DNA from: Fastidiosibacter lacustris
GTDB lineage: Bacteria; Pseudomonadota; Gammaproteobacteria; Francisellales; Francisellaceae
DNA: 32,000 nt
Assembly (NCBI RefSeq): GCF_003428155.1
Contig: NZ_QLIR01000006.1
Coordinates: 60,539 to 92,538, forward strand
Direction of reading: 5' to 3'
In this document: positions 30,302-32,000 of the stretch, piece after piece
Numbering within the stretch: position 1 is the first letter of the stretch
Layout of the letters: each line of letters opens with the position of its first letter
Translations under genes and position numbers: made by a program
The notes under the pieces: generated by a model
Told to the model about the DNA's origin: nothing
The model's database searches: none
What the model saw: only the letters and a program-made list of their open reading frames with translations

Positions 30302-30661
30302 GGATAACACAAGTTATTTTTTTGAAATTTATGTTTGTACAGGATGTTTTTTCATTTGAATAGCTTTATTGCACAAATTTTTCTATTCAATTAAAACCTG
30401 TTTATTGATGAATAAAGGAAATTAACCCATCACATCATGAATAAAGAAATCGACAACTTAAACATTACTGAAATAGATGCCTATCCCAAGATATTAAATA
30501 GACACCGATGCTATAAAACCACGATTCTGTATTTAGTAAATACTCATCGTTTAAGGTTAGACACCTTTTAATTGTAGAAGCATAGCTTGTAGCTGCCTTA
30601 CCCACCTTAATACTCTCCCCGGTAATCTTCGGTTCGCTCTCAGCTCCGCCATTTGCAACAT

Positions 30662-31303
30662 CTAACTATTAATAAAACTCGCTACTTCTTCATCATCGAT
30701 CTGCTCAAAACCAGCGGAATTTAACTCACTCTTTATTTTTTCTATTTGGTTGACTCTTCCGATTAATTGCATTGCTGCATGAGTCTCGCTATCGTCAAAA
30801 ACTCTGCAAAGCACAATATCGTTAGCGTTACTAAAAATAGAATTCACATTTTCACTTGAAATCCCATTTGTAGAATTATTAAAACAATCTAGTATGGATT
30901 GAGCGGATGTGTTTTTTGAGTTAAATACTAGAGATACATATCTATAGTGAGTAATTGAATTGAGAGGCAAACTTTTAATATCATTCGCCTCATTTTTTAC
31001 TAAAGAATATACGCCTGTAGACTCATTCCTTATTAATACATCTCCCTCGCTAAACCCTTCTTTCAGTTGTTTCTTTAGTTTCAACTCCTGAACTTTTGAA
31101 CCCGAAAAAGCTGTGCCAGTTGTTAGCCATTTAAAAACATATGGGAAAAAAGAGAGTAAAACAGGAAGAAAACTAGTCCATATTTTTGTCAGGCTATCGA
31201 TATCCCGCTGCAAGATAGTGATAGTAGCTAAACTACTATCGCCTGATTTTTTTGATTGTTCCCAAAGGTTTATACCTTCGTCGTACAAAAAAACTGGTTT
31301 CAT
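30662..31303 (-). CDS. Hypothetical protein; candidate cognate immunity protein for the upstream toxin tip
   Basis: 213-aa ORF whose ATG lies 2 nt after the upstream gene's TAA (TAA-AA-ATG), with an AGGA 6 nt upstream. One hydrophobic stretch spans aa 41-66 (IWTSFLPVLLSFFPYVFKWLTTGTAF). I recognise no family motif. Confidence 0.55.
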   Translation of the reverse strand: MKPVFLYDEGINLWEQSKKSGDSSLATITILQRDIDSLTKIWTSFLPVLLSFFPYVFKWLTTGTAFSGSKVQELKLKKQLKEGFSEGDVLIRNESTGVYSLVKNEANDIKSLPLNSITHYRYVSLVFNSKNTSAQSILDCFNNSTNGISSENVNSIFSNANDIVLCRVFDDSETHAAMQLIGRVNQIEKIKSELNSAGFEQIDDEEVASFINS

Positions 31304-31305
31304 TT

Positions 31306-32000
31306 TTAATCCTGCTTTATATAAGTATGGGAGTCAGCATTATTCTTTAAAGACTGCTTAATACCTTGAGCATTTCGCAGTTCACTGTTGAAATGAGAAC
31401 CATGATTACCAAATTTATGTCCTAACGTATGCTCACGAATCGTAGCTGTACTTTCATCAGCAATCTTAAATTCGTAAACTCGCCCTTCAACATGACCTTG
31501 TTGGTCTCTAATTTTTTCGTGATACGTATTGCTTGGTTGCTGGCTTCTAGGTATTCCAGCTTTTTCCTTGGCCTCTCTAAATGCCGCTTTTCTAAAGAGA
31601 GTGCTATCTGCCCCTTTTGGAACAGTAGTCACAAACTCACGTATTTTACCTGCTTCATGGCTAACTTGAGTTGTTTTCCCAGTTGCAACACTTGCCTTAA
31701 CATTCTCCACAACCATCTTTGGTACAGCAGCTTTAGCCAGAAACATTCCTCCTCTAACCGCTACTTTACCTATAGTGTAAGGAACTCCTATCACGGGGAT
31801 TGATACCCCTAAATACATAGATGCAGTAGTCCCTGCGTAATAAGCAGAAGCATTAACTATTCCATTTTCATAACCAAACCCTGTTAAGCCAAATGTCGTA
31901 TCATCCATAAAACCATTGGCAAAATGGGTGGCTAAACGTTTAATATAATCCGATAAATCTAGCCCTGTTTGTAGTTGAAGGCTATGTAACGGTCGACTAT
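31306..32000 (-). CDS. 3' part of a larger gene (5' end outside the window): polymorphic-toxin-like protein with a C-terminal HNH/EndoVII-fold (GH-E-like) nuclease module
   Basis: The minus-strand frame is open from the window edge to the TAA at 31306-31308, so the track's M at 31908 is internal. The last ~95 aa read AKEKAGIPRSQQP...GRVYEF...IREHTLGHKFGNHGSHFNSE. This matches the 'AGIPxSQ.P ... Y.F ... H..GH ... HFN' pattern I associate with GH-E-type HNH/EndoVII toxin domains. A Gly/hydrophobic segment and a VVENV motif precede it. Confidence 0.6.
   Translation of the reverse strand, partial: SRPLHSLQLQTGLDLSDYIKRLATHFANGFMDDTTFGLTGFGYENGIVNASAYYAGTTASMYLGVSIPVIGVPYTIGKVAVRGGMFLAKAAVPKMVVENVKASVATGKTTQVSHEAGKIREFVTTVPKGADSTLFRKAAFREAKEKAGIPRSQQPSNTYHEKIRDQQGHVEGRVYEFKIADESTATIREHTLGHKFGNHGSHFNSELRNAQGIKQSLKNNADSHTYIKQD

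Noticed and set aside
31113-31803. Plus-strand ORFs 31113..31361 (82 aa) and 31429..31803 (124 aa) opposite the toxin and immunity genes
   Set aside because: They are antisense to the longer, tightly coupled minus-strand pair, which carries the recognisable nuclease motif. They are Ser/Phe/Leu-rich shadow frames without an SD.

Overview
By eye this is an AT-rich window whose proteins look gammaproteobacterial. I assign no species. Most of it is core genome.

- **1-11300, housekeeping and metabolic genes:** a porin-like OMP 3' end; a minus-strand FAD-oxidoreductase/HAD-phosphatase/AEC-transporter cluster; tRNA-Thr and tRNA-Asp; yqhD-like alcohol dehydrogenase; glyQ; rmuC; an unusual GDPD-CinA-like fusion gene; and purE.
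- **11989-25324, ribosomal-protein supercluster:** an almost complete S10-spc-alpha cluster running rplC to rplQ, including secY, rpmJ and rpoA. It conspicuously lacks rpsJ and is preceded by a 690-bp structured non-coding leader.
- **25453-29809, more core genes:** a yfcH-like SDR, hemH, rpoZ, tRNA-Val, rpsF-rpsR-rplI and a convergent adk.
- **29810-32000, the only accessory-looking part:** an 850-bp non-coding stretch holds a perfect 21-bp inverted pair of hairpin/T-run elements, a 52-codon ORF and C-rich hairpins. It is followed on the minus strand by the 3' end of a larger gene that runs off the window. That gene's C-terminus looks like an HNH/EndoVII (GH-E-like) polymorphic-toxin nuclease tip. 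Two nucleotides downstream is an orphan 213-aa ORF, a candidate immunity gene.

I saw no CRISPR array, transposase, integrase or rRNA. All family assignments come from reading the translated ORFs and motifs. No database search was possible.
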